From the NCBI GenBank assembly GCA_963716475.1, contig OY970314.1, positions 787,865 through 851,864 on the forward strand: a DNA stretch of 64,000 nucleotides. Direction: 5' to 3'. The translations under genes and the position numbers were made by a program. A model generated the notes under the pieces. It saw only the letters and a program-made list of their open reading frames with translations. It did not search any database and had not been told where the DNA came from. Numbering within the stretch: the stretch's first letter is position 1; the number at the start of each line of letters is the position of its first letter. Positions 18,914 to 28,582 of this stretch are shown piece after piece. Source of the DNA: Candidatus Woesebacteria bacterium. GTDB taxonomy: Bacteria; Patescibacteriota; Microgenomatia; UBA8517.

Positions 18914-19865
18914 CCAACTCTTTCTTTTTTGCACTTCCACCAAGATTTTGTGTGCTGGTTATTTTCTGTCCCAACTGCATAAATGAAGAGAATACATTCC
19001 CCATCATGTTGTAAGCATTGGTTAAGTGCTTTTGCAGGGTTCCGAGATTTTCTTCGACTTTTCCATAATCGGATTTTATAGCACGAAGCGAGGATAGAAT
19101 TTCTTTTGCCTGATCTTCAATTTTTTGTCCTTCAAAACTCATTAAAATAGCTTTTAGGTAAGCATAAAAAGTTGTCGGGGAAACCGGAAGAACTCTTTTT
19201 TGACCTGCATAATCAAAAAGTTCCTGATTGTTTACAATTTCGTAATAAATCGACTCGGAAGGAATATACATTAAAGCATAATCAATTGTCCCCTCCTCAG
19301 TTAAAATATACTTCCTCGAAATATCGTCGATGTGTTTTCGCACATCCCTTTCAAAATCGTGTCCCGCAATTTTCTTTGAGGCATCGTCCCCCCCGCCTGA
19401 CATTTTTCTGAAGTTTTCCATGGGAAACTTTGAATCAACCGGAATAATCCCTCCCGAGGTTTTTATGGCAGCGTCAACTTTTTCACCCGATTTGAAAGTG
19501 TACTGAAGATTAAAAGATTCTTTCGGTAAAAACTGCTTTAAAAGTTCTTTCAAGACCTGTTCGCCAATGTTTCCTCTGAGTTTTGGCGAACTCAAAAATT
19601 CCTGGAGATCCTTCATTCCCCGCCCGATTTCGCTAAACTCGCCGATATTCTTTTGCACCTGTCCGATTACTCTAGCTGCATTGTCAAGCCGTTCATTGAA
19701 ATTTTTCGTCTGCTCGTTTAGCCTGGTATTTGTGGTTTTTAAATACTCCAGGAGCTCCTCGGAAGGTTTTTGTGATTCTTTTAAGTCGGTTAATTTTTTA
19801 TTGATAAAAACGGCTACAATAACCAAGGCCGCTAATACTATAATTAGAATAATAATCGGGTCCAT
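18903..19865 (-). CDS. rmuC: DNA recombination protein RmuC
   Basis: N-terminal TM and coiled coil; KLRGNIGE, PVDSKFP, DYALMYIPSE, VSPTTF. Confidence 0.9.
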   Translation of the reverse strand: MDPIIILIIVLAALVIVAVFINKKLTDLKESQKPSEELLEYLKTTNTRLNEQTKNFNERLDNAARVIGQVQKNIGEFSEIGRGMKDLQEFLSSPKLRGNIGEQVLKELLKQFLPKESFNLQYTFKSGEKVDAAIKTSGGIIPVDSKFPMENFRKMSGGGDDASKKIAGHDFERDVRKHIDDISRKYILTEEGTIDYALMYIPSESIYYEIVNNQELFDYAGQKRVLPVSPTTFYAYLKAILMSFEGQKIEDQAKEILSSLRAIKSDYGKVEENLGTLQKHLTNAYNMMGNVFSSFMQLGQKITSTQNLGGSAKKKELDDR

Positions 19866-19918
19866 AATTCAGACTATTCTACCATTTAAAAAATTAAATG
19901 GCCAAGACAGCTTAGTAT

Positions 19919-20260
19919 ATGCGTAAAAGAAAGAATTCACATAGGGAGGAGGCCCTCAAAAGGAAAAACTTCCTGCCGACGCTTCTTATTACAATTTTTC
20001 TTTGGTCAATTCTTGGGGGTCTTATCTATTTTATCGACCCCGGTTCTTTCGGAGCGATTTTCTTCTTTTTTATAACAATGTTCTTCTGTCTCCTTTTTAC
20101 TTTTTCACTGATTTTTGCAAACAGCCGGCGCGGGATTGTAGCAACAATTGCTATAACTTCTTTTCTTCTCCTAATGTACTTGGGAGTTGGTAACATTCTT
20201 AATCTTATTTTGATTGTTGCAATAGCTGTCTGTATCGAGTTATATTTCAGCTTGAGATGA
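19919..20260 (+). CDS. Small membrane protein
   Basis: Basic N-terminus, several TM helices; ATGA overlap with the next gene. Confidence 0.7.
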   Translation: MRKRKNSHREEALKRKNFLPTLLITIFLWSILGGLIYFIDPGSFGAIFFFFITMFFCLLFTFSLIFANSRRGIVATIAITSFLLLMYLGVGNILNLILIVAIAVCIELYFSLR

Positions 20261-20589
20261 ATCCCTCTCTTAAACGTCAACTACTCCGGACATTTTCTCA
20301 GATGATTGATGATTTGGATGAACCTAAAGAAGTTGAAACTTTTTTGAAAGATTTTTTTGATGACGAGGAACTTGCAAGATATGTGAAAAGACTTGCCATC
20401 ACCTACTGGCTGAAAAAGGGTAGGGATAAAGAAAATATTACTAGAAACCTGCAAGCTACCTCTAAAGAAATAACTGAAGCAGGAAGGTTACTCAAAAAGG
20501 AAGGGGTCAAGCTAGCCCTTAAAAAAATTGAGGCTGAAGAATGGGCCAGCGTCTGGGCTGAGAGGATCAAGAAATTGAGAAAGAACTAG
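20257..20589 (+). CDS. TrpR/YerC-YecD-like HTH protein
   Basis: FLKDFFDDEEL...KRLAI...L..G...I...L..TS..IT pattern. Confidence 0.65.
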   Translation: MNPSLKRQLLRTFSQMIDDLDEPKEVETFLKDFFDDEELARYVKRLAITYWLKKGRDKENITRNLQATSKEITEAGRLLKKEGVKLALKKIEAEEWASVWAERIKKLRKN

Positions 20590-20622
20590 CTTCAAATACC
20601 CTTCAGGCTGTACAATAGGGGC

Positions 20623-22044
20623 ATGGACAAGAAATTCTATATTACTACCACACTACCGTACGTGAATGCGGAGCCTCATATTGGCTTTGCGTTGGAAATT
20701 ATCCAGGCAGATGCTGTAGCTCGTTATCACAAACTGCTTGGGGAAGAAGTTATTTTTAACTTCGGAACGGATGAGCATGGTCAAAAAATCTACAAAAAGG
20801 CTCTTGAGGTCAAAAAAGATCCCCAAGAATATTGTGATGAGTATGCGGCCAAATTCGACGCCCTCAAAAAGGCCTTAAACCTCAGTTATACAAACTTTAT
20901 AAGGACTACCGATCCCAAACACGTCGAGGCAGCCCAGGAATTCTGGAAACTTTGTGATAAAAACGGCGACATTTACAAAAAGTCATATAAAACCAAATAC
21001 TGTGTGGGCTGTGAACTGGAAAAGACTGATTCAGAGCTTGTTGATGGCAAATGCCCCCTCCACCCCACCCAAGAACTTGAAATTATTGAGGAGGAAAATT
21101 ATTTCTTCAAATTCAGTAAATATCAGAAACCTCTTTTGGAATTTTACGAGAAAAATCCGGATTTTGTGATTCCGAAAGGGAAATTTAACGAAATTAAAAC
21201 TTTCGTTAAGGAAGGATTACAAGATTTCAGTATTTCCCGCCTTAAAAGTAAGATGCCCTGGGGAATTCCTGTACCGGATGATCCCGAGCAGGTAATGTAT
21301 GTTTGGTTTGATGCCCTCATCAACTATATTTCCACTCTCGGCTGGCCGAAAGATATAAAAAATTACGAAGGTTTCTGGCCCGGAATTCAGGTTGCGGGAA
21401 AAGATAATTTGCGTCAACAAAGCGCCATATGGCAGGCGATGCTTGCTTCGGCGGGATTACCTTTTTCCAAACAGATTTTTATCCATGGATTTATAACTGT
21501 TAACGGACAAAAAATAAGTAAAAGCCTAGGGAATACCATTAACCCGATTGAAGTTGCTGAAAAATACGGAACGGATGCCCTCCGCTACTATCTTCTGGCC
21601 AAAATTAACCCCTACGACGACTCGGACTTTACTTTTGAAAAATTCGAGGAGGTCTACAATGGAGATTTGGCAAACGGGCTCGGAAATTTGGTAGCACGCA
21701 CAATGCAACTTGCGCAGACATATTTAGAAAAAGGGACCCGTCCGGAACCTACAAAATTACCCGAGGAATATACCAAGGCAATTGACAAATTCGAATTCAA
21801 TAAAGCCCTTGAAATGGTGTGGAGTCTTATCCAAAAATTAGATACAAAGATTACCGAAACTGAGCCGTTTAAATTGGTCAAGACTAACCTAGAAGCCGGT
21901 AAAAAATTAATTTTTGATTTAACACAAGAATTATATTTCATCGGACGATTGCTAAATCCTTTTCTTCCGGAAACCAATGCAATAATTAAAGATGCTGTTA
22001 TTGCAAATATTAAACCAAAGTCCCTTTTCCCCCATTTAAGTTAA
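20623..22044 (+). CDS. metG: Methionyl-tRNA synthetase (short form)
   Basis: FYITTTLPYVNAEPHIG, GTDEHGQK, YVWFDAL, KISKSLGN. Confidence 0.96.
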   Translation: MDKKFYITTTLPYVNAEPHIGFALEIIQADAVARYHKLLGEEVIFNFGTDEHGQKIYKKALEVKKDPQEYCDEYAAKFDALKKALNLSYTNFIRTTDPKHVEAAQEFWKLCDKNGDIYKKSYKTKYCVGCELEKTDSELVDGKCPLHPTQELEIIEEENYFFKFSKYQKPLLEFYEKNPDFVIPKGKFNEIKTFVKEGLQDFSISRLKSKMPWGIPVPDDPEQVMYVWFDALINYISTLGWPKDIKNYEGFWPGIQVAGKDNLRQQSAIWQAMLASAGLPFSKQIFIHGFITVNGQKISKSLGNTINPIEVAEKYGTDALRYYLLAKINPYDDSDFTFEKFEEVYNGDLANGLGNLVARTMQLAQTYLEKGTRPEPTKLPEEYTKAIDKFEFNKALEMVWSLIQKLDTKITETEPFKLVKTNLEAGKKLIFDLTQELYFIGRLLNPFLPETNAIIKDAVIANIKPKSLFPHLS

Positions 22045-22052
22045 AATTAAAT

Positions 22053-23543
22053 ATGCGCGAATTTATAATTAGGCATGAGAAAGGCATTCTGCGCGTCCTG
22101 GAAATATTGCCCGGCTTTGTCTCCTGGAATCTGATTCTTCTTCCCTACTGGGGAATTTTTGTTTTTCCGGTATTTGTTGCCTACTTTATACTTTTTTTCA
22201 ACATTTACTGGTTTTACCAATCCCTTCAAATTGCCGTTTCTTCAATTATTTCCCATACGCGCATACAGGCCGCAAAAATCTACGACTGGATGGGAGATGT
22301 TAGAGGTTTTCCCGATTGGGAAAAAGTCCGGCATGTTGTGATTATTCCAACTTATAAAGAACCACTTTATATTCTTGAAAGAACACTCGATTCTCTTGCA
22401 GCCCAGGAATTTCCGACCAAACAAATAATTCCTGTATTGGCCATGGAGGGAAAAGAAACAATCCAAGATAGGAATGCCAAATGGGAAGTGCTGAAAGCCA
22501 AATATTCAAGAGTTTTTCGGCATATGTTCATGACTGTACACGAGCTCGAATTGGGAGAGGTTTCCGGCAAGGCTTCAAACGAAAGGTTCGCGGCAATTTG
22601 GGTTAAAGAGAACTACATAGATCCGAATAAATTAGAAATTGACTATTTTACAGTCTCTTCCTGCGATGCAGACCATAAATTTCATCCCAAGCATTTCGCT
22701 TGTCTGACATACAAATTCTTAGATAACCCGAACCGCTACAAAACATTTTGGCAACCTTCCGTCATGTTCTACAACAACATCTGGGAAATACCGGCAATTA
22801 CGCGTGTCCCAAACACCCTGATGACAATTTGGAATCTTTCCCAACTTGCACGCAAAGACCGTCTGATTAACGCCCAAAATTATTGCCTGTCTTTTAAACT
22901 TCTTTACGAGGTCGGATATTGGGATGCCGATAAGATTCCGGAAGATTGGGGAATATTTTTCAAGGCTTTTTTCAAAAAGGGGGGCGGAATAGAGGTTGAG
23001 CCAATTTATCTTCCTTTAATGGCTGATGCAGCCCAATCTACTTCCTTCTGGAAAACAATAGTTAATCAATACCAGCAAATTCAAAGGTGGGCTTGGGGTG
23101 TAAGCGATGATCCCTGGATAATTAAAAGCTATTTTTTGGCCCGCAATATTCCTTTCTGGGACAAAACCACACGCCTCTTCCAAGTTATCTGGGCCCACTT
23201 TCTCTGGCCTGTCAACTGGTTTCTTATTACAATCGGTTTGACTCTCCCCACTCTTCTTAACCCGGCTTTCGGAAGAACCGCATTGGGCTACACCGTCCCC
23301 AAGCTTTCATCCTTCATTCTGACAGTCTCACTTGTGTTTCTCCTTATCATGATAATCATTGATAACATTCATAAACCCAAAAGGCCGAATAAGGTTTCGC
23401 TTTTCAGAGTGCTATTAACTCCGTTTGAATTTATCCTTATGCCCATTGCAGGATTTTTCTTCTCGGCTCTTCCGGGCCTTGACGCACACACCCGGCTGAT
23501 GTTGGGCAAATACATAGAGTATAGGGTCACTGAAAAAGTGTAA
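22053..23543 (+). CDS. Family 2 processive-type membrane glycosyltransferase
   Basis: IIPTYKE, GKASN, CDAD, PED, QIQRW (QxxRW); flanking TM helices. Confidence 0.85.
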   Translation: MREFIIRHEKGILRVLEILPGFVSWNLILLPYWGIFVFPVFVAYFILFFNIYWFYQSLQIAVSSIISHTRIQAAKIYDWMGDVRGFPDWEKVRHVVIIPTYKEPLYILERTLDSLAAQEFPTKQIIPVLAMEGKETIQDRNAKWEVLKAKYSRVFRHMFMTVHELELGEVSGKASNERFAAIWVKENYIDPNKLEIDYFTVSSCDADHKFHPKHFACLTYKFLDNPNRYKTFWQPSVMFYNNIWEIPAITRVPNTLMTIWNLSQLARKDRLINAQNYCLSFKLLYEVGYWDADKIPEDWGIFFKAFFKKGGGIEVEPIYLPLMADAAQSTSFWKTIVNQYQQIQRWAWGVSDDPWIIKSYFLARNIPFWDKTTRLFQVIWAHFLWPVNWFLITIGLTLPTLLNPAFGRTALGYTVPKLSSFILTVSLVFLLIMIIIDNIHKPKRPNKVSLFRVLLTPFEFILMPIAGFFFSALPGLDAHTRLMLGKYIEYRVTEKV

Positions 23544-23622
23544 AGTTATTGACCCTATACTATATCTCTTAGTTCACTTCATTTCTCAAAATAGACATTT
23601 TTCGAAAGCCGTGAACTGCGAG

Positions 23623-23652
23623 ATTGAGTATCGTGTAACCGAAAAAGTCTAG
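23623..23652 (+). pseudogene. Remnant 3' end (IEYRVTEKV-stop) of a GT2 paralogue
   Basis: ATTGAGTATCGTGTAACCGAAAAAGTCTAG encodes the same 9 residues and a stop as 23514-23543, with synonymous codon changes. Confidence 0.7.
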
Positions 23653-24590
23653 AGGAATTTGTAGTACTCAATCGTTTTTTGAAGACCTTCTTCTAAATTT
23701 ACTTTTGGCTCCCAACACAGAACCTTTTTAGCTTTGGTAATGTCCGGTTGCCTTCTCATGGGATCATCCTTTCTGAAAGTTCCGCTGTATTTAATTTGGG
23801 ATTTGGAGTCTGTAAGCTTAATAATTTTGTCAGCCAGTTCCTTTACTTTGTATTCCTCGGGGTTCCCTAAATTAAATATCTCACCCTTGGTACCATCAGA
23901 AAACATGGCTTTTACAATTCCTTCCACCATATCATCGACATAACAAAAGGACCGGGTCTGACTTCCGTCACCGTCGATACTTACAACATCGCCCGAAAGC
24001 GATTCGTTGATAAAATTTGAAACAACTCTCCCATCATCTTTTTGCATCCGTGGCCCATAGGTATTAAAAATTCTCACTATCCGCGCGTCCAAGTTGTATT
24101 TATGAATATAAACGTAAGTTGCGGCTTCGGCAAATCTTTTGCTTTCATCGTAACAGGAACGAGGTCCAAAAGTATTTACATTTCCAAAGTATGTCTCTTT
24201 TTGTGGATGCTCCTTAGGATCTCCATAAACTTCGGATGTCGAGGCAACGAGGACCTTGGAGGCGATCTTTTTTGCCAGTTCTAATATTTTTAATATACCC
24301 GTAGAATTGGCCATAAGTGTTTCTTCCGGATAATTTTGATAATCAACAGGTGAGGCCGGCGAAGCCAGATGAAAAATACAATCTAAACCCGAAGTGTCTA
24401 GATCAAGAGGTTTTGTAATATCGGCTTCGACAAATTCAAAATTGGGGTCACCCAAAAGGTGCTTAATATTTTCCTTTGTGCCAGTAAGAAGATTGTCAAG
24501 ACAGATAACTTTATAACCATTATCAACCAAAAAGTCGCAAAGGTGGGAGCCAATGAATCCCGCCCCCCCGGTAACCAAAACGCTTTGCAT
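23649..24590 (-). CDS. UDP-glucuronate decarboxylase-like NAD-dependent epimerase/dehydratase
   Basis: TGGAGFIGSH, HLASPASP, STSEVYGDP, RSCYDESKR, RIFNTYGPRM, DDPMRRQPDI. Confidence 0.9.
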   Translation of the reverse strand: MQSVLVTGGAGFIGSHLCDFLVDNGYKVICLDNLLTGTKENIKHLLGDPNFEFVEADITKPLDLDTSGLDCIFHLASPASPVDYQNYPEETLMANSTGILKILELAKKIASKVLVASTSEVYGDPKEHPQKETYFGNVNTFGPRSCYDESKRFAEAATYVYIHKYNLDARIVRIFNTYGPRMQKDDGRVVSNFINESLSGDVVSIDGDGSQTRSFCYVDDMVEGIVKAMFSDGTKGEIFNLGNPEEYKVKELADKIIKLTDSKSQIKYSGTFRKDDPMRRQPDITKAKKVLCWEPKVNLEEGLQKTIEYYKFL

Positions 24591-24654
24591 ATGGGCAAAT
24601 TATACCATAAGCGAAGCTTGGCCATTTCTCAGAGAAATGGTAATATGGTTATAT

Positions 24655-26163
24655 ATGAAATCGGTTTGGGATAAACTTCATATCCTTTCGGAAAAACTTC
24701 GTATTCCCTCTCTCCCCAATTGGCTTGTCGGAATTCTGGCGCTTGTCTTTATTCTTAGAATCCCCTCTTTCTTCGAACCTTATTATTACGGCGACGAGAT
24801 GGTTTATCTGACTCTGGGCCAGGGGGTAAGACAAGGCCTTACGCTTTACAAAGATATCCACGACAATAAACCCCCTCTTTTGTATTTGACAGCAGCTGTA
24901 GCCGGAAATCTTTTCTGGTTTAAAATCATCTTGGCTTTTTGGAGTCTTATCACAGTTGTTGTTTTCTATAAACTCACAAAGCTCTTATTTGAAAGTAACC
25001 AAAAAGCACAAAAGATTGCGACTATTCTTTTCGGGCTTTTGACAACACTTCCACTTCTTGAGGGTCTTACTATCAATTCCGAACTCTTCATGATAGTTTT
25101 TACTATTTTGGCGTTTATTATACTGCTCAAGAAAGATGTCAAGTCGAACGGAATATTTTTGGCTGGGGTCTTTTTCGGCTTGGGAACTCTCTTCAAAATT
25201 CCCGCCGCATTTGATGCACCCGTTATCGTCTTTTATTGGTTAATTACCACGGGACTGGGCAATTGGAGAAAAATATTCAAAGACACATCCATGCTTATTG
25301 CAGGATTTACTACACCGCTTCTAATAACTTTTATTTGGTACTTTTTTAAAGGGGCTCTACCTGAGTACCTCAGAGCCGCATTTTTACAAAATGTCGGTTA
25401 TTTAAGCAGTTTCAGACCGGGAGATGTCCAAAAGTCATTTTTGGTACGGAATGCGCCACTTCTTATCCGAGGGTTTGTCGTACTTTTCGGATCATCAATT
25501 ATTTTTATATTTCGAAAAAAACTTTCGAATAAATTTGTTTTATTCTCTCTCTGGACTCTTTTTGCACTATTTGCAATTACCCTTTCGGAACGGCCATATC
25601 CGCATTATTTAATTCAGATGATTGCACCGATTTCACTTCTTTTGGCTACATTCTTTAGTGAAAAAAGCTTGGAACAATCTCTTGCTGTTATTCCCCTCGC
25701 TCTGGCATTTTTTGTACCGGTTTTTTATAAATTCTGGCTGTATCCGACGAGCAGTTATTATCTGCGTTTCATTAATTTTGCAATACATAGGCAAACGAAA
25801 GCCGAATATTTCAATGGTTTTTCCCCCACCACCAATAGAAATTATGAAATTGCTCAGTTTTTAGCTACATCAAGTGAGGTTTCCGACCGTGTATTTATGT
25901 GGGGACCGGATTCCGCCACTGTCTATGCACTCGCCAAGCGCCTCCCCCCGATTAAATACGTTGTTGATTATCACATACTGGACTATTCCTCAAAGGCACA
26001 GGAAGCCAAAAATATTGCCTCCAACCCTCCAAGGTTCATAATATTAACCAGTGACAATCCGTACCAAGAACTAAGGCCCCTAATCAGACAAAAATATATA
26101 TTGGTCAACACAATTGAAAATGCCAATATATATTCAAGGGTAAATTTTGCTCCAGAAAAGTGA
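24655..26163 (+). CDS. GT-C (ArnT/PMT_2-like) glycosyltransferase
   Basis: YGDE, LYKDIHDNKPPL, NSELF, YPHYLIQ; multi-TM. Confidence 0.75.
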   Translation: MKSVWDKLHILSEKLRIPSLPNWLVGILALVFILRIPSFFEPYYYGDEMVYLTLGQGVRQGLTLYKDIHDNKPPLLYLTAAVAGNLFWFKIILAFWSLITVVVFYKLTKLLFESNQKAQKIATILFGLLTTLPLLEGLTINSELFMIVFTILAFIILLKKDVKSNGIFLAGVFFGLGTLFKIPAAFDAPVIVFYWLITTGLGNWRKIFKDTSMLIAGFTTPLLITFIWYFFKGALPEYLRAAFLQNVGYLSSFRPGDVQKSFLVRNAPLLIRGFVVLFGSSIIFIFRKKLSNKFVLFSLWTLFALFAITLSERPYPHYLIQMIAPISLLLATFFSEKSLEQSLAVIPLALAFFVPVFYKFWLYPTSSYYLRFINFAIHRQTKAEYFNGFSPTTNRNYEIAQFLATSSEVSDRVFMWGPDSATVYALAKRLPPIKYVVDYHILDYSSKAQEAKNIASNPPRFIILTSDNPYQELRPLIRQKYILVNTIENANIYSRVNFAPEK

Positions 26164-26215
26164 ATGTTGGTCTGTTTTGGAAATATCCGGAAGTATCGTA
26201 CAATAGGAGACGCGT

Positions 26216-26548
26216 ATGTGGAAAAAAGTGCCTTACAGGAACTACTTTCTGACGGCAATTGTAATTAATTTCGGTGTCCTTGCCACGTTAATTCTTCTTA
26301 AAAGTTTTCTGCCACCCCTCGCACCGCTTTTTTACGGACGTCCGGCAGGCGAAGCGCAACTCACAAATACGCTTGGCCTTCTTATCACTCCAGGTGTATC
26401 ACTCCTAATAACAATAATAAATTTACTTCTTTGCTCCTGGATTAAGGACACTTTTCTGGAAAAACTTTTGGCCGTTTCTACTGTTGTCGTGTCCGTGCTA
26501 ACGGCCATCACTATAATTAAGATTATTCTCTTGGTAGGCTTTTTTTAA
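26216..26548 (+). CDS. Small membrane protein (DUF1648-like)
   Basis: LPPLAPLFYGRP.GE.QL loop between TM helices. Confidence 0.6.
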   Translation: MWKKVPYRNYFLTAIVINFGVLATLILLKSFLPPLAPLFYGRPAGEAQLTNTLGLLITPGVSLLITIINLLLCSWIKDTFLEKLLAVSTVVVSVLTAITIIKIILLVGFF

Positions 26549-26556
26549 ATCCGGCT

Positions 26557-27648
26557 ATGAATAATTTACGTAATCTTTTTCTCCTCCCCTGGCTCGTAGC
26601 TGCCATTGTGGCGTTTCTTACAACCCCACTTGTAATAAAGTTCGCCGGGAAAATCGGAATAATAGATGATCCGAGACATAATAAGCATCCGAAAGTGATC
26701 CACACCTACCCTGTTCCCAGGGGCGGGGGGATCCCTATTTTTTTGGCGCTCCTGGTTAGCAGCCTTTTTTTTCTGCCGATCGATAAGCATGCTGTAGGGA
26801 TATTAATCGGGGCTGCAATTTTAGTCGTAATGGGGACGCTAGATGACAAATTAAATCTCAATCCCTACCTACGATTGGCTTTGGGTTTTGTGGCCGCTGC
26901 AGCTCCGATTGCAGCCGGAATCGGAATCTCCTTCATTTCCAACCCTCTGGGAGGAATAATTAACTTAAGTCAGCCCCAAATCAGCTTTACCCTCCTAGGG
27001 GCTACTCATACTATCTGGGTTTTTTCGGACATATTCGCACTTATTTGGATTACTTTCCTCATGAATATGGTAAATATGGGGGCCAAGGGAGTCGACGGAC
27101 AGCTTAGCGGCGTAACTGTGATTGCAGCGTTAACCATTGCTTTCCTTTCTCTGAGATTTTCTGCAGACATCACTCAATGGCCAGTAATAATCCTGGCAGC
27201 AATTACGGCAGGAGCATACTTAGGATTTTTGCCGTGGCATATATTTCCCCAAAAAATTATGCCGGGTTATGGGGGAAGCACTATGGCCGGATACCTTCTG
27301 GCAGTTCTTTCAATTCTCTCTACAACTAAAGTAGGGGCACTTATGGTGGTTCTCGGAATTCCGCTTATCGATACAGGCTACACCATCGTAAGGCGCATTG
27401 CGGGTGGCAAATCCCCCGTTTGGGGCGATAGAGGGCATCTCCACCATAGACTCCTCGACGCAGGGCTAACAAAAAGACAGGTAGCATATTTTTACTGGGG
27501 AATCACAGCAATTTTGGGATTCCTTGCTCTTAATTTGAATACTGCCACAAAGCTCTATACAATGATCGGTGTGGCCCTTGGAATTGGAGGACTTATCGTA
27601 TGGCTGACGTCACGACCGAAACTGACAGAAAAACAAAAGACTCCTTAA
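26557..27648 (+). CDS. WecA/TagO-like polyprenyl-phosphate GlcNAc-1-phosphate transferase (MraY family)
   Basis: HTYPVPRGGG, GTLDD, GVDG, DRGHLHHRL. Confidence 0.88.
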   Translation: MNNLRNLFLLPWLVAAIVAFLTTPLVIKFAGKIGIIDDPRHNKHPKVIHTYPVPRGGGIPIFLALLVSSLFFLPIDKHAVGILIGAAILVVMGTLDDKLNLNPYLRLALGFVAAAAPIAAGIGISFISNPLGGIINLSQPQISFTLLGATHTIWVFSDIFALIWITFLMNMVNMGAKGVDGQLSGVTVIAALTIAFLSLRFSADITQWPVIILAAITAGAYLGFLPWHIFPQKIMPGYGGSTMAGYLLAVLSILSTTKVGALMVVLGIPLIDTGYTIVRRIAGGKSPVWGDRGHLHHRLLDAGLTKRQVAYFYWGITAILGFLALNLNTATKLYTMIGVALGIGGLIVWLTSRPKLTEKQKTP

Positions 27649-28580
27649 TTATTGGCGCATTCAAGGCTATGCGGCCGGTACATTGGATAAAAAATCTTTC
27701 GCTGTTTGCCGCGGTTTTCCTTTCCGGGACCATGTTTGACAAGGGGCAATTCGAAAAAGTCGTCTGGGCTTTTATCGCTTTTTGCCTGGTAACATCGGCT
27801 ACATATTTAATTAATGACGTCTTCGATGTGAAGGCTGACAGGCTCCATCCGACTAAAAAATTCCGGCCTGTTGCCTCGGGGTCGCTCCCTATTTCCGTAG
27901 CTCTTATTGAGGCTATTATTCTCGCCCTATCTTCAATCTTTATTGCAATCCTGGGCGGACTAAACTCGCTTTTCCTTTCGGTTATTGTCGTCTACCTTAT
28001 TATGCAGTTTTTCTATAGTGCAGGGCTTAAAAATGTTGCAATTCTCGATATTATTATCATCGCCGCCGGATTCGTATTAAGAGTGTACGCGGGTGCATTT
28101 GCAATTGATGCCCATCTTTCAGCCTGGTTTTTGCTTTGCGTGATTTCCGCCGCTCTTTTTCTGGCTTCGGGCAAAAGGAGAGCAGAAATTAATATTGCCC
28201 AAAATTTTAACTACGCTACCAGAAAAAGCTTAGGAACTTACAAAAAGGAACTTCTTAATTCTTACGTCACCATGTTTGGCAACGCTTCCTGGATGAGCTG
28301 GGCTCTTTTTACATTTTTTGAAAGCCCAAAAGCCTCACTTCCTTTTTGGTTGGCTCTGGCCGAGCTTTCCCGAACTACGACTATCGATAAGCTTTTAATG
28401 TCTACAATTCCTATCACAATTTTTGGAATAATGAGATATGAGTCTTTGATTTTCGAAGGTAAAAGTGAAACACCGGAAAAACTTCTTTTGACCGATAGAT
28501 CCCTTATAATTGCAGTCGGACTTTGGCTCCTCTTTATTTACTGGGTTCTTTATAGCGGCGTTTCTGCTACTGGTATTTAA
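27600..28580 (+). CDS. UbiA family, decaprenyl-phosphate phosphoribosyltransferase-like
   Basis: MRPVHWIKN, YLINDVFD..AD..HP.K..RP.ASG, GFVLR, GKRRAE. Confidence 0.85.
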   Translation: MADVTTETDRKTKDSLIIGAFKAMRPVHWIKNLSLFAAVFLSGTMFDKGQFEKVVWAFIAFCLVTSATYLINDVFDVKADRLHPTKKFRPVASGSLPISVALIEAIILALSSIFIAILGGLNSLFLSVIVVYLIMQFFYSAGLKNVAILDIIIIAAGFVLRVYAGAFAIDAHLSAWFLLCVISAALFLASGKRRAEINIAQNFNYATRKSLGTYKKELLNSYVTMFGNASWMSWALFTFFESPKASLPFWLALAELSRTTTIDKLLMSTIPITIFGIMRYESLIFEGKSETPEKLLLTDRSLIIAVGLWLLFIYWVLYSGVSATGI

Positions 28581-28582
28581 TA

